DNA of 63,704 nucleotides, counting the filler, from Sphacelaria rigidula (taxonomy: Eukaryota): assembly GCA_964200075.2 (NCBI GenBank). It is 9 parts of 9 records of this genome, joined end to end, with 100 filler letters (N's around TTAATTAATTAA, not from the genome) between each part and the next. Parts side by side here need not be neighbours in the genome. Positions count along the whole stretch, not along the records: positions 7,091 to 14,080 come from CAXNAA020017058.1; positions 14,181 to 21,170 come from CAXNAA020017059.1; 7 more parts are not named here. One strand, 5' to 3'. Positions within the stretch are counted from its first letter, which is position 1. Each line of letters starts with the position of its first letter. Positions 10,201 through 20,960 of this stretch are shown in pieces. The position numbers and the translations under genes are program-made. The notes under the pieces are model-generated. The model had not been told where the DNA came from and made no database searches. It was given only the letters and a program-made list of their open reading frames with translations.

Positions 10201-13200
10201 CACCGACTATAGAGATCCCGATGTGCGAAGTCAACAGCTCGCAACAGTCGGGGCAACAGTAATATAGGTCAGGGAGGATCAAGCGTGGCTGGTCCTACTC
10301 TCGATCTGGCAACCGTGCACGAAAGTAGATCGTCTAACAACAACGGTAACGATGTTCAGGCATGCATGACTATCGTTTCCCCCTATAGAACCGTTAAAAA
10401 GTCGCGAGATACTTCACGACAAATAGATCGCGATGAATCTTCGTGTTTCGCAGTGTGTAGGGTAGTAGTAGAAAATGGTAACGACCTAAGTGGGACACCA
10501 GCCAAAAGTGAATAGGCGCTGGACCCAAAAACTGGCAGTCGTTCGCCTACAGAACCTGTTTCCGCCCGCGTACCAGCGACAATATCTAGTCAGGTTGCAC
10601 GAGGAAGGAAAGGGCCTTACTTGAAAGAAATTTGCCAAGTAATGGGAGGGGAAGTGAGTTTAAACCGCAAAGAAAGTTCGACCTTGGCGCAAATGTTTTC
10701 TGGTCCAGAGGCAACTAGAACCTTGTAGGTTAAGGCTTTGGTGGACACGGGACGTCCCGCGACGTTCACTCATTACAATATATGGGAAAAATGGTTGATG
10801 TCGGGGCAGCCACCACTGAAGGCGTCCGAGATATAGACCCGGTATTCTGAGGTGGTTCCAATGGTGTCCCGTTGTGTACCTCTTCACAGGTGCGGCTGAA
10901 TACCAGAGTCTGGCCTGGAAGACCCAACCCACGAATGTCAGTTCAGAACGGACGAGCATGCTTTGTAATTTACGCTCATGCTGTACCTGATGGAACAACA
11001 AAAAATTATGATATTCTAGTAGGACGTGATGACCTTGGTTTATTTCCGGTCAGAACGTATCGAGATGTGAACCGACGACAAACAGTCAGGACCTTGCAAG
11101 GAAACAACATTGGCTCTGCTGATCGTGCGTCTGCGGAACAAGTCCGCAAGGCTATTGGTTTTGTGGAACCGAAACCGGCAGCAGCACGAGTTATCGTAGT
11201 GTACAATGGATCTCATGATATGATACGACCTGGTACATTGTCATGAATTCCGGTCAAACCATGTAACATGGACGGAATGCCCACCAAAAGTGACTGTGAT
11301 TATGTATCTCTAGATCCAGATTGGTCCCCACATGAGATTATCATAGAAGCAGGTGAATCCATCATCATCCCTCTCCGGTATACTGGTTGAGAAGGACAGA
11401 TGTTGAATCCGAACACCACTCTTGGTTTTGCTGGGGCACCTTTGGAACCATGCTCTCTGGAGGACGTTAAGATCTCTGAAACAAAGGATCTGAAAGCCGA
11501 GGAGATATTCACGGTAGACCAAAATTTAGAAGAACCTCGGTCTTGGCAGGTTTGGCCAACGAACAACAACAAGCATTCACGGATATGTGGGTGAAACTTC
11601 CCACACATGCACGAAAAATAAAGTTCAGGTTGGAGGGTGCACAATGGCCAGTTGAAGACATCAAGAATTTGGGGGAACTTCTGTACAAATACTCACATCG
11701 ATTTTCAACAGACAAGATGGACTTAAGGTATTACACGGTGGATGCGTTTAAGATTGAACTTAAACCGGGGACGAGGCCCGTTAAACAGCGCCCGTATCGT
11801 CATAGCCCAGCGGTCCAGAAGAAAGTACAAGTGGAGATTGATCGCGTGCTCGCAGCAGCCATTTTGAGCAGATCATATTCGAACTGGAGTAGCCCGCTCG
11901 TAGTAGTGAACAAAGCGGATGGGTCCATTAGTATTACGTGCAACTGCAAAAAGCTTAATGACAGTACAATGATTCCGGTTATACTCATTCCGATTATTGA
12001 GGAACTCTTGGATGAATTGGGGGGTGCCAAAATATTTTCATGTTTGGACACCACTTCCGGTTACTTCAATGTGGCTATACATCAGGACTCAATTCCATTG
12101 TCGGCGATATGTACGCAGAGTGGTCTCTAGGAATGGACAGTTTTGCCGATGGGGTGCAGTGGAAGTCCAGGTTGGTTTCAATCTATCATGGCGAGAATAT
12201 GTGTGTGATGGGTTAGAACGATCTCGACTCTATATTGATGGCGTTTGTACTTCCAGTGAAACAGGCAGAAAACGTTGGCACCGGAAAAGGCACATATTGG
12301 GATGGAAGAAACGAAATTTCTAGGGCATCACATTTCCGCTGAGGGAATATCTCCTGATCAGGACAAGGTACAGGCTTTTACCAAGATGCCAATGTCGTCT
12401 GATGTATCTCAGCTCAGATCGCTGTTGGGAGGTTTGGGGTACTGCTGTGAATTTATTCTGCGAATGGCTGCGAGACTCGAACCTCTAACGCACTTATTGA
12501 AGAAGGGAATTCGTTTTCAGTTTACCCAAGAACACGAATCGATAGCCAAGGACATGTTATCATCCTTGACCGGTACAAATATTTTAGCATTTCCAAACTA
12601 TGAAGATGCAGCTTTGGGGAAACGACCGTTTATGCTTACCGCGGATGCATCACTGGATGGTCTGGGTGCGGTGGTGGAACAACGCCAAGAGGATAATACG
12701 GTTCGACCCCTTATTTTCTTAGTCGAGGAACACTCCCCAACGAGAGAAGTTTGAGTGTGTCCGAATTAGAGGCAGCGGCTATTGTGGGGGCCATCAAAAA
12801 GGACAGGTCACGTTTTTACGGGGTACCGTTTGAAATCTATGCTGATCAACCTTTGCGAAATCTATTGACCCTTGCAGAAAAGGTTCCGAGGGTTCAGCGT
12901 TGGCACGAGTTTTCAAGTGCATACACTTGTGAACTTAAGTACAAGCCAGGACGCGTGAACGCGAATGCGGATATGTTGTCTAGTTTACCACAACCGCCGG
13001 ATGATAATGATATGCCTGGGGATGCGCGAATCACGGACCCGGAAGACATGGATGTCTATTTCATTGATGCTGGTGGAATATGGCCGAGCATTTCTCAAAA
13101 CTCCACCAGGGAGGGACACGTAGGATCTGTAGTGAGTACCCATGGTTTGAACTTGAATGGGCTGGACCCTGGATTTGGTGTTTAAAATTGGAGGGAAAGA

Positions 13201-13650
13201 AGTAAGTGCAGTACCGCTCACGACCTCTGAAAAAGCTAATCAAAAATGGACCGAGCTACAAAGAGCGAGGAACAGTATTATTGCACGGGTGGGAAGCGAA
13301 AAAGCGGACAAGTATTCGTACGTGGTACTGGATGACACGCCGTTAAGTCATCCCCAGATTAGTGACATGGTCAGACGACAACGGTAACAAGGTCCGACTA
13401 TGGATGCATATCCGATCATGGACGTAGGGAGAAAATTGCTACAACCTCAAGAACACAGAGCCGTGTCAGTAATTGAATCCACAATCAATGAAAGAAGCAG
13501 TGGTGCGGGGCCATTAACAACGGTACCACCGCCTTTGGAAGCCGAAGAAGCCTGTAATTTTGGGGAACGTTTATGCCAGAAATCGGCAAACGAATGGGCT
13601 CAAATACAGCAGGAAGATCTCACGTCTGGAACGGCCGTCGACTAATGCCG
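7300..13650 (+). mobile_element. Degenerate Ty3/Gypsy LTR retrotransposon (gag-PR-RT-RNase H; many stops and frameshifts; integrase not seen)
   Basis: Gag zinc knuckle CLNCGSSEHLLARDC (8849-8893). Aspartic protease KALVDTG (10732-10752) and YDILVGRD. RT motifs PVKQRPYRHSP, SNWSSPLVVVNKADG, IFSCLDTTSGYF, LYIDG and KFLGHHIS. RNase H motifs PFMLTADASLDGLGAV, SELEAAAIV and YKPGRVNANADMLS. The PR-RT-RH order is Gypsy type. Confidence 0.93.
9446..9656. mobile_element. MITE with 37-bp TIRs, T[G/A]T...ACA ends, 5-bp TSD (GGTAG) and internal (CCCTAA)n repeats
   Basis: Left TIR TATAATGCGTGAGAGGACCGCGTGCTTAGAGGACCGC matches the reverse complement of the right TIR, TGTAATGCGTGAGAGGACCGCGTGTTTAAAGGACCGC, at 34/37. 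GGTAG lies at 9441-9445 and 9657-9661. The telomere-type tract is at about 9560-9598. Confidence 0.88.
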
Positions 13651-14534
13651 AAATAGCCTCCCCACAAAAAGTGCACCGGAGACCGTCCGACACAGCGGCT
13701 GCGATCCACAGTTGGGCTCATTTGCAGCAATATCGCCCACATGAAAGGCGTGTAGCAGTCCGAAATCAGCTGCAACGCCCAAATGAGTCGCGTCGTGAAG
13801 CACGAAACCAGCTCTAACGGGACTTGTGATCATCACTTCCGTGCACGTTTTTGGCCGGTTCGGGGGGGGGCTATGTCGGCAGCAATCCATCGAATATTTG
13901 AAAAAACGAGTGACGGTTTGAACTTAGGATAAAGAAAAGGGGATCCCTACACGAATTGATCTATCCGAGTTTAAGTATGCTTATAATTAGTAAAGAAGCA
14001 GAAAAGTAGTGTACAAACCCAGCAGACGTCACTCCGATCGGATCGCCGAAATACCCTGAAATTGGATTTTCCCGTAGGACNNNNNNNNNNNNNNNNNNNN
14101 NNNNNNNNNNNNNNNNNNNNNNNNTTAATTAATTAANNNNNNNNNNNNNNNNNNNNNNNNNNNNNNNNNNNNNNNNNNNNACGGCCCAACTCGTCTGTGT
14201 CGATGAGATATTGCTTTTAGAGCTTAAATCCGTTTTTAGGCTGGTCCAGCTCGTACTGTACCCGCGAACACATCAGGTTCCTGTACACACAGAAAATACA
14301 ACGATACGGGTACACATACTCTGCACCCGAAAAAGCTCGGACTCGGCTGCGGTGTTGTCGACAATGTCTGTACTTCTTCACCATCTAACGGCAGGACGCA
14401 CATTAAGATATGTTGGCATCGATTTCCTGGCCGGTCCGTGGTTGCTCTCTCCTCCATCCCTACGGAAAGCTTCACGGGTGAAAGAAACCGGGAAGTCGAT
14501 CACGTACTTCAACAACCCCCTCCCACCTCAGCAA

Positions 14535-15386
14535 CACGGGATCTTACAAACTGGGGATGGATCGTTTATTGGGGATGAGAAACCCAGAGAATTCACATCT
14601 TCGTATCCACACCAAATCTTCGAAATATGGTTCAATTTCTTCACCTACTGCTAGCTATTGACAACTGCTACACCCCATAGAAATTTGAATTTCGATCAAC
14701 AAAATGTTGGGGTGCTATATGAAAAACCGAAAATTAACAACCGATTAACACGGGATCTTACAAATTGGGGATGGATCATTTATTGGGGATGAGAAACGCG
14801 GAGAATTCAAATCTTCGTCTCAACGTCAAATCTTCGAAATATCGTTTCATTTCTTCAACTACTGATAGCTTTAGACAGTTGTTACACGCGATAGGATTTT
14901 GGATTTTTACCACTGGAACGTTGGGGCCCTAGGTGGAGCACCAATTTCGGAACCATTTTGGCGTCCGTTCGGACAGTCGAAATTCCCCAAAATTGTTTCT
15001 CACCTAGGACCCCAACATTTCGGTGATCGAAATCCAAATTCCTATGGCGTGTAGCAGTTGTCAAGAGATACGAAGATTTTGATTCTCCGGGTATCTCATC
15101 CCCAATTAAAAATCCATCCCCAATCTGTAAAATCGCGTGTTAATTCCGGAAACATTTTGGCGTCCGAACGGACGCTCGGAATTCCCCCCAAAACAATTTT
15201 ACCTAGGACCCCAACATTTCGGTGATCGAAAACCAAATTTCTATGGCGTGTAGTCGTTGTCAATACCTATCAGTAGGTGAGGAAATTGAATCATATTTCG
15301 AAGATTTGGTGTGGGTACGAAGAATATAATTCTCCGGGTTTCTCATCCCCAATAAAACATCAATTCCCAATCCGTAAGATCCCATG
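14535..15386. mobile_element. Nested pair of family A MITEs: outer 14535-15386, inner 14749-15139
   Basis: Arm order is left-left-right-right. The inner copy CACGGGATCTT...AAATCGCGTG is flanked by TTAA on both sides (14745-14748, 15140-15143). Confidence 0.85.
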
Positions 15387-16147
15387 TTGAGCACGGGCGG
15401 CGTCGGCACGCACAAGCGAGGACAAAGAAGAAAGCCACAATGAAGTTGAACCTTCTTGAGAATGTTTAAAGTGATCGGAGAGCCGGTCGCTGCGTGTGAT
15501 ACCTCCAACCTCCAAAAGTGCTTTGTTGAAAGTCAGTCAAGTCTGAGAAGTTCGATCAAGACTCGCTCTGGTCAAAAGCAGTTGAAATGGGGTGTACTCG
15601 TGTGCGCCCCAAGACAGTAGCATAACACAACGCCATGAGCACCAAAAAGGCTGAAACTTGTTGATGGCGTCTCGATTGATGTTAGAAGAGCGATGGGATG
15701 GTTGTTTTCGCGCAACGCGGCTTCGAATCCATTCGGGGGGGGAAAGTAGGTGGTTCGGAGCTTCGTAGTGAGACTCGGACGGCTAGATCAGGATATTATA
15801 GGAGAGGACAGGACACTTTTGCAAATTCGATTCAGTAGAAGCCTTTCAAGCCCTAAGGGCCTCAAAGGAATACTGGCGCACTCATGTACTGGTGGCTCAC
15901 TTTGCAGGTGTGCAATCTTGCCTTGACACAAATGCCGAATCATGCATGTCGCAAGGGAAAGGTGGTTGTACGAGCAGGGCGTCGGGAGTTTCGTTTTCGT
16001 TCCCTCACCCTTCACGATTCCTTGCGGGGACTTTGTAGTGTCAAGGAATCATCTCATCTCTGTCCTGCCTGGCACATGCCTGACGTTTTTGTACCGCGGC
16101 TGGGACTGGCACTACCAGACGTCGTCAACTCCAGTCAAGTAGTTTCA

Positions 16148-16400
16148 CAGGTCAGACAGCTCATGACCTACCTGGATATTACTTCTTAACAGAGTACCGA
16201 TGCGGATTATGAGCTAGCTCATTTGACCACTACTTTTGTATTAGCTCTCGGCAGCGATGGACGCCGAGTACGCGTTGTAGCGGAAAGGTGACACCTCAGC
16301 TTCTCGAATACTACTGTCACGAGTCCCGTGTTCTTCTACGATGGATCTGAGAGTTATTTTCGATGAGTTATTTCAGGTAGCTCATGGGCTGTCCGACGTG
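16148..16400. mobile_element. MITE family C, uninterrupted copy
   Basis: TIRs CAGGTCAGACAGCTCATGACCTACCTG and CAGGTAGCTCATGGGCTGTCCGACGTG. The internal sequence is colinear with 5441-5520 plus 5801-5970. Confidence 0.8.
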
Positions 16401-16879
16401 TAAACAGTTTTCGCTATCCACGTGTTCACACTTGCAGAGTCGGAAATCAGACACGAGTGAAAAAAATATCCACCCGCATTGGAACCCTTATCCGTCCACC
16501 GTAACCGACGTGAAGTAATCAGATGCATCCCTGGGACACGGCAGTAAAGGGATATACACCTGCACCTTCCTGAGCTGCGAATTGCCGACTGCGTTGAGGT
16601 CACTAGAAACAAAGTTTTACTTAGGCTCGATCGAAAAGACGGAATGTCACCTGGCGATAATACTACCAAGCTACGGGAAATGCTACTGAAGATATCCGCA
16701 AGCACACGACAATCCACCATGGCTACGATTCAAACACCGGGGCACCATACAATCCGGAAACAGTCAAATTGGTATCTCTCGCGGTGGTTTGTACGGAATC
16801 ATGACCTGCACAAAAGACAGGTGCAGTCAGACAGTACCATACCGAGTATCAGCCCGGAAAAGGGCGTGCACGGGCCCTC

Positions 16880-18490
16880 TTATCGAGCCACCTCTTGCGC
16901 GGGCGGGATGATGCCGCGGACACGTAACGAGAGGGAGCAGACACGTCCAACTAACTCTAGCTTTACGTCACCCCCCTCCTCCTCAGACGTTTCATCATTC
17001 CCCGCTGCCACATCCAATACTGGCTCCACCTGCACCGTCCGGCGTAGCCGCTTTGTGCTCTTCCCTCTGGCGATGCCGCTATGGCAACTTCCACGTATAG
17101 TGGTGCCGATGGAGCCGCCATCGCTCATGCTGTGACGACTGCTGGGTGGTGCAGTGACGAGTTCGCCGCTAGTTCTTTTCCCATCAAAATCTCGCGGAGA
17201 CGCGGCAGTCATCTCTATATTCGTTTTCATGCGTGTCTGTGCCCCATCCGAGGAAATCTCATCTGCGGGCGCCGCGCCAGGGGGCTGTCTCGAGGCGACA
17301 GGCAGTGTGGTCATAGGACTCGCAACCCGTCTCCTAGAACGCATGGCGCGCGAGCCACAACACACGTTGGCGCTACGACAACCATCATTCGCGTTGGGAC
17401 CGGCATCCGATGGATGGGTGTGTCTTCCACCACGTTCGTCGACGTTGACACCACTTTCTCCCACGACTGAGTTATCGTTCGGGTGGTTCTTTCCTTGTAC
17501 ATGTCGTACATCAGAGGCCACGGCCAGAGAGTGTGCAGCACGACGGCACTTATACTGGCGATCCCGCACCCTTTTGGAACAACGCTGCGAGGCACAGAAC
17601 TTTGCCTCTCTGCCACCCGCCGCACCGAACGACGGGTGTTCAGAGCCTTCCTCGCCGCAGCCCCTGCTTCTGACGTTAACCATGCCCGCTCGGGAGCGCG
17701 TGGCGCAGAACTCCGCCTTTCTGCCACCGGTTGCACCCAAAGATGGCCGTGTGGAGCATCCCTCCTTGCCGCACCGCTTGCTTCGTACGCCAACCATGCC
17801 CGCTGGAGCATGCGCGGCGCAGAACTCTGCCTTCCTGCCACCGGCGGCACCAAAAGATGGCCGTGTGGAGCATCCCTCCTTGCCGCACCGCTTTCTTCGT
17901 ACGTCAACCATGCCGGCTGGAGCGTGCGCGGCGCAGAACTCTGCCTTTCTGCCACCGGCGGCACCCAAAGATGGCCGTGCGGAGCATCCCTCCTTGCCGC
18001 ATCGCTTGTTGACAACGTCAACCATGCCCGCTGGAGCGTGCGCGGCGCAGAACTCTGCCTTCCTGCCACCGGCGGCACCGAACGATGGTCGCGTGGAGCA
18101 TCCCTCCTTGCCGCACCGCTTGCTTAGTACGTCAACCATGCCGGCTGGAGCGTGCGCCGCGCAAAACTCTGCCTTCCTGCCACCGTCTACACCGAAAGAT
18201 GATCGTGTGGCGCATCCCTCCTTGCCGCATCGCTTGTTGACAACGTCAACCATGCCCGCTGTAGCGTGCGTGGCGCAGAACTCTGCCTTCCCGCCACCGC
18301 CTGCACCGAAATATGGCCGTGTGGAGCATCCCTCCTTGCCGCACCGCTTGCTTCGTACGTCAACCATGCCGGCTGGGGCGTGCGCGGCGCGGAACTCTGC
18401 CTTCCTGCCCCCGGCTGCACCGAAAGGATGGTCGTATGGAACAACCCCCCTCACCACACAGCTCACCGATCCAGCACAAGTCTGCACCAA
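16880..18490 (-). CDS. EsV-1-7 cysteine-rich repeat protein (true 5' end uncertain)
   Basis: A 536-codon ORF with six complete 38-aa repeats RCGKEGCSTRPSFGAAGGRKAEFCAAHAPAGMVDV (C-x4-C...C-x2-H...GMVDV), a truncated first repeat, a degenerate last repeat and a low-complexity tail. This pattern defines the EsV-1-7 repeat family expanded in brown algae. There is a possible acceptor (gtgcag) near 18482; the first in-frame ATG is at 18368. Confidence 0.88.
   Translation of the reverse strand: MVQTCAGSVSCVVRGVVPYDHPFGAAGGRKAEFRAAHAPAGMVDVRSKRCGKEGCSTRPYFGAGGGGKAEFCATHATAGMVDVVNKRCGKEGCATRSSFGVDGGRKAEFCAAHAPAGMVDVLSKRCGKEGCSTRPSFGAAGGRKAEFCAAHAPAGMVDVVNKRCGKEGCSARPSLGAAGGRKAEFCAAHAPAGMVDVRRKRCGKEGCSTRPSFGAAGGRKAEFCAAHAPAGMVGVRSKRCGKEGCSTRPSLGATGGRKAEFCATRSRAGMVNVRSRGCGEEGSEHPSFGAAGGREAKFCASQRCSKRVRDRQYKCRRAAHSLAVASDVRHVQGKNHPNDNSVVGESGVNVDERGGRHTHPSDAGPNANDGCRSANVCCGSRAMRSRRRVASPMTTLPVASRQPPGAAPADEISSDGAQTRMKTNIEMTAASPRDFDGKRTSGELVTAPPSSRHSMSDGGSIGTTIRGSCHSGIARGKSTKRLRRTVQVEPVLDVAAGNDETSEEEGGDVKLELVGRVCSLSLRVRGIIPPAQEVAR
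17590..18425. repeat. 114-bp coding tandem repeat (about 7 units)
   Basis: GGAGCATCCCTCCTTGCCGCA recurs every 114 bp and encodes the EsV-1-7 repeats. Confidence 0.92.
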
Positions 18491-20511
18491 TCAAGCAGCA
18501 ACGAAAACCGAATATCGTGCCCATGTGAGGTGCAGATAAACCGTCATGTTGGTATCTCGGTCAAAAACAGGCACGTTGACTGGAGTGGACTCGCAATTCC
18601 GACAGTGGAGGCGCAGGCGACAACGATGGCTAATGGAGCACGGTCGCCACAGGGCGGACGACGTCTTCATGATGAGGATCGTCATCTCAAGACTGTTGCT
18701 GACGTGGCCGGGCGACTGAACAAAAGAAGTGGTGTTCAACACTACGCAAAACGTCCGTAGTGTCGACGGCGCTGCTATGGTTTCTCTACTTGTAGTATTT
18801 GTGATCCACACGCCGCGACAGCCACCACTCGGACTTGAGCGCCTCGCATCGGGGGTTATACAGGCTGGACAGTTCATGCAAGTGATATCCGTCAGTAATG
18901 AGCGATTGGTGCGAACCCCTCATACAGGTGATGTAGTGGTGAACAGCATTCGCCGACCCTTTACATGCTTGGCGCACTGTCATGCGCCGTTGATAAACAT
19001 CCCCATATCATGCGTGGGTCGGCAAAGGGCGCTCCAAACTGGGTGCGGCGATGGCAGGCACCGGCCGGGATTGTGCATAAGACTGAACCCGCCATATGTC
19101 ACTCAATGTACTGGGCTTCAAGGTACTGGAGTATTCCAACCCTAGTACTTGTTGAGGGTCTGGTGTCTTTCATATTTGTTGCTGGCTCACGGACACTAAT
19201 AATGCCTCCAACAAGGGCTAGTAGGCTTAAGCCAACTTCAACACCCTTGACAGAAGTACCCCCCGTTTGTGCTTCGTGATCTGCAAGGTAAACCATCCAG
19301 GCGTCCCACGACTGTATCTTCCATCTTCGTGCCTCACTGTGTACTGACTACTTTTTTTCAGAGAGGTGAGTTCCACCCGTACGTTTCAAGGACGGCTTGC
19401 ATAAAACAAAGTCTCAGCAACACCTCAGGATGTCCCATAGATCATCACTTCCCCCCACTCCATGTACACTTCACCGTGCACAAAAAGGCACAATTCGTCA
19501 CCACCTCACTAATTCTCCCGAGTTAACCTTCGCCGCCGGAAGCTTGACCACCCATTCCTCCATGTGTTATACCGGCCTCCATCCCGTCAAGATCTCCAGA
19601 CATCTATATACCGCTTGATGCTCCTCATTGCTAGTCATGCGATAGGTCATTAGCAAGGTGTTTGTTTCATAAGTGCCGTAGGTCTGGACGTTTTCGTCAG
19701 ACATTATCTATCGTTCCCTTGTTTGACGCCTGTGCACCCAACATCAAGAGCTGTAGGAGAATGCCCGAGCAGATCATCACCGTCCAGCGGGAGGGGGTCC
19801 CGGGTATTGCACCACGATACGTAACCTTCATCTCAATCCAACATGTTGGGGTGACCTTTTTCAACCTGTACTCGTGGTGTATTTTGTATTTTCGATCGAC
19901 CTGTAAGGTGGTCAACCTTCAAGCAATTACTTGTCTGCGTTGTGGCCTTTGCTTCATGCCCTACCCTTGTTGGATTAAGGGGGAAGGATCTCAATTCCTC
20001 TGCGTTTTGGTATTTGAGAATTACACGAGGCATTCCCGTTATTTCATGTCATGCCCGTGCTGTGGATTTTGTTACTCTACGTTCATGCCCAAGCTGTGCT
20101 GCGGTACGAGCTGGGCCAGCAGCAAATCCCGCATTCGCTTTCCACACCACAATTTTTCAAGTTTCCAAATCATCGTGACTTGAGCATACTGACGTGAAGT
20201 GCAGACCAACCTGGTAAAACACGGCACCGCCGCGGAATGAAGAAAAAACTGTACTGCCTAATATATAACCTTGAAGGACGAAAAGAAGAGAATATGTCGG
20301 GATTCGAACTCATGACCTCGATGATTGGAGTCTCCTGTATCACTTGAATTGAAGGGGTGCGGCCGTGTCACACGAGAAATGCGACGCCGCGCCCAAATTG
20401 ACGTAATTTTGGACGAAACGTTACCAGGATGTCGTTGACGCGAGTGCCGGTATGTGTTGGGGCGTTATCGTCGTCTTTATCCATTTTTCACAACCTGGAC
20501 GATACAAGATG

Positions 20512-20960
20512 TGATATATATTGCCCGCTCAATATGTCGACGCGTGGGGGTGGTCAATATATGTTGGGCGAGCAATACGATGGCACCAGGAACAGTCAAT
20601 ATCTATTGTGCCATCAGTATGTCAAGTTTCGTGACATGCAATGTATATCGACCGAGCACTGGCCTCCACCGCGCCAGGATCTTTATTACAGTGTACATCA
20701 TACTTATAATATCCGATATACATAGACCGGCCAATATATTGGCACCCGCGCAGACCCAAAATATGTGGAAGGTCAATACATTCTCATCAATGCGATCCCA
20801 ACATTTATTGGTCGTGCACTATGCCGCCGTCCGCACTGCATTAATACATAATGATGGGACAATATGTGTTCAATCCCACGGTACCAATATATATATATAT
20901 ATATATTGGGCGCGCAATATGTCTGCAGTTCAGGGGTGCCAATATGTATGTATATATATA
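20512..20960. repeat. Periodic array, consensus CAATATATATTG-N6-CAATATGT-N16/17, 42-43-bp period with non-repeating spacers
   Basis: Unit starts at 20512, 20555, 20597 and 20639, then 20799, 20842, 20885 and 20940. The last interval includes a 12-bp TA expansion. Confidence 0.75.

Noticed and set aside
17154-18539. 461-codon antisense ORF over the EsV-1-7 repeats
   Set aside because: This is a shadow ORF expected from a GC-rich in-frame tandem repeat, with no independent domain.
20290-20345. tRNA gene (B-box GAGTTCGAATCCC on the minus strand)
   Set aside because: Only a T-arm-like segment is present, with no acceptor stem, D-arm or A-box. At most a SINE or tRNA relic.
20512-20960. CRISPR interpretation of the repeat-spacer array
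   Set aside because: The context is eukaryotic, the repeats are short and degenerate, the spacers are only 6 and 16-17 nt, and there are no cas genes.
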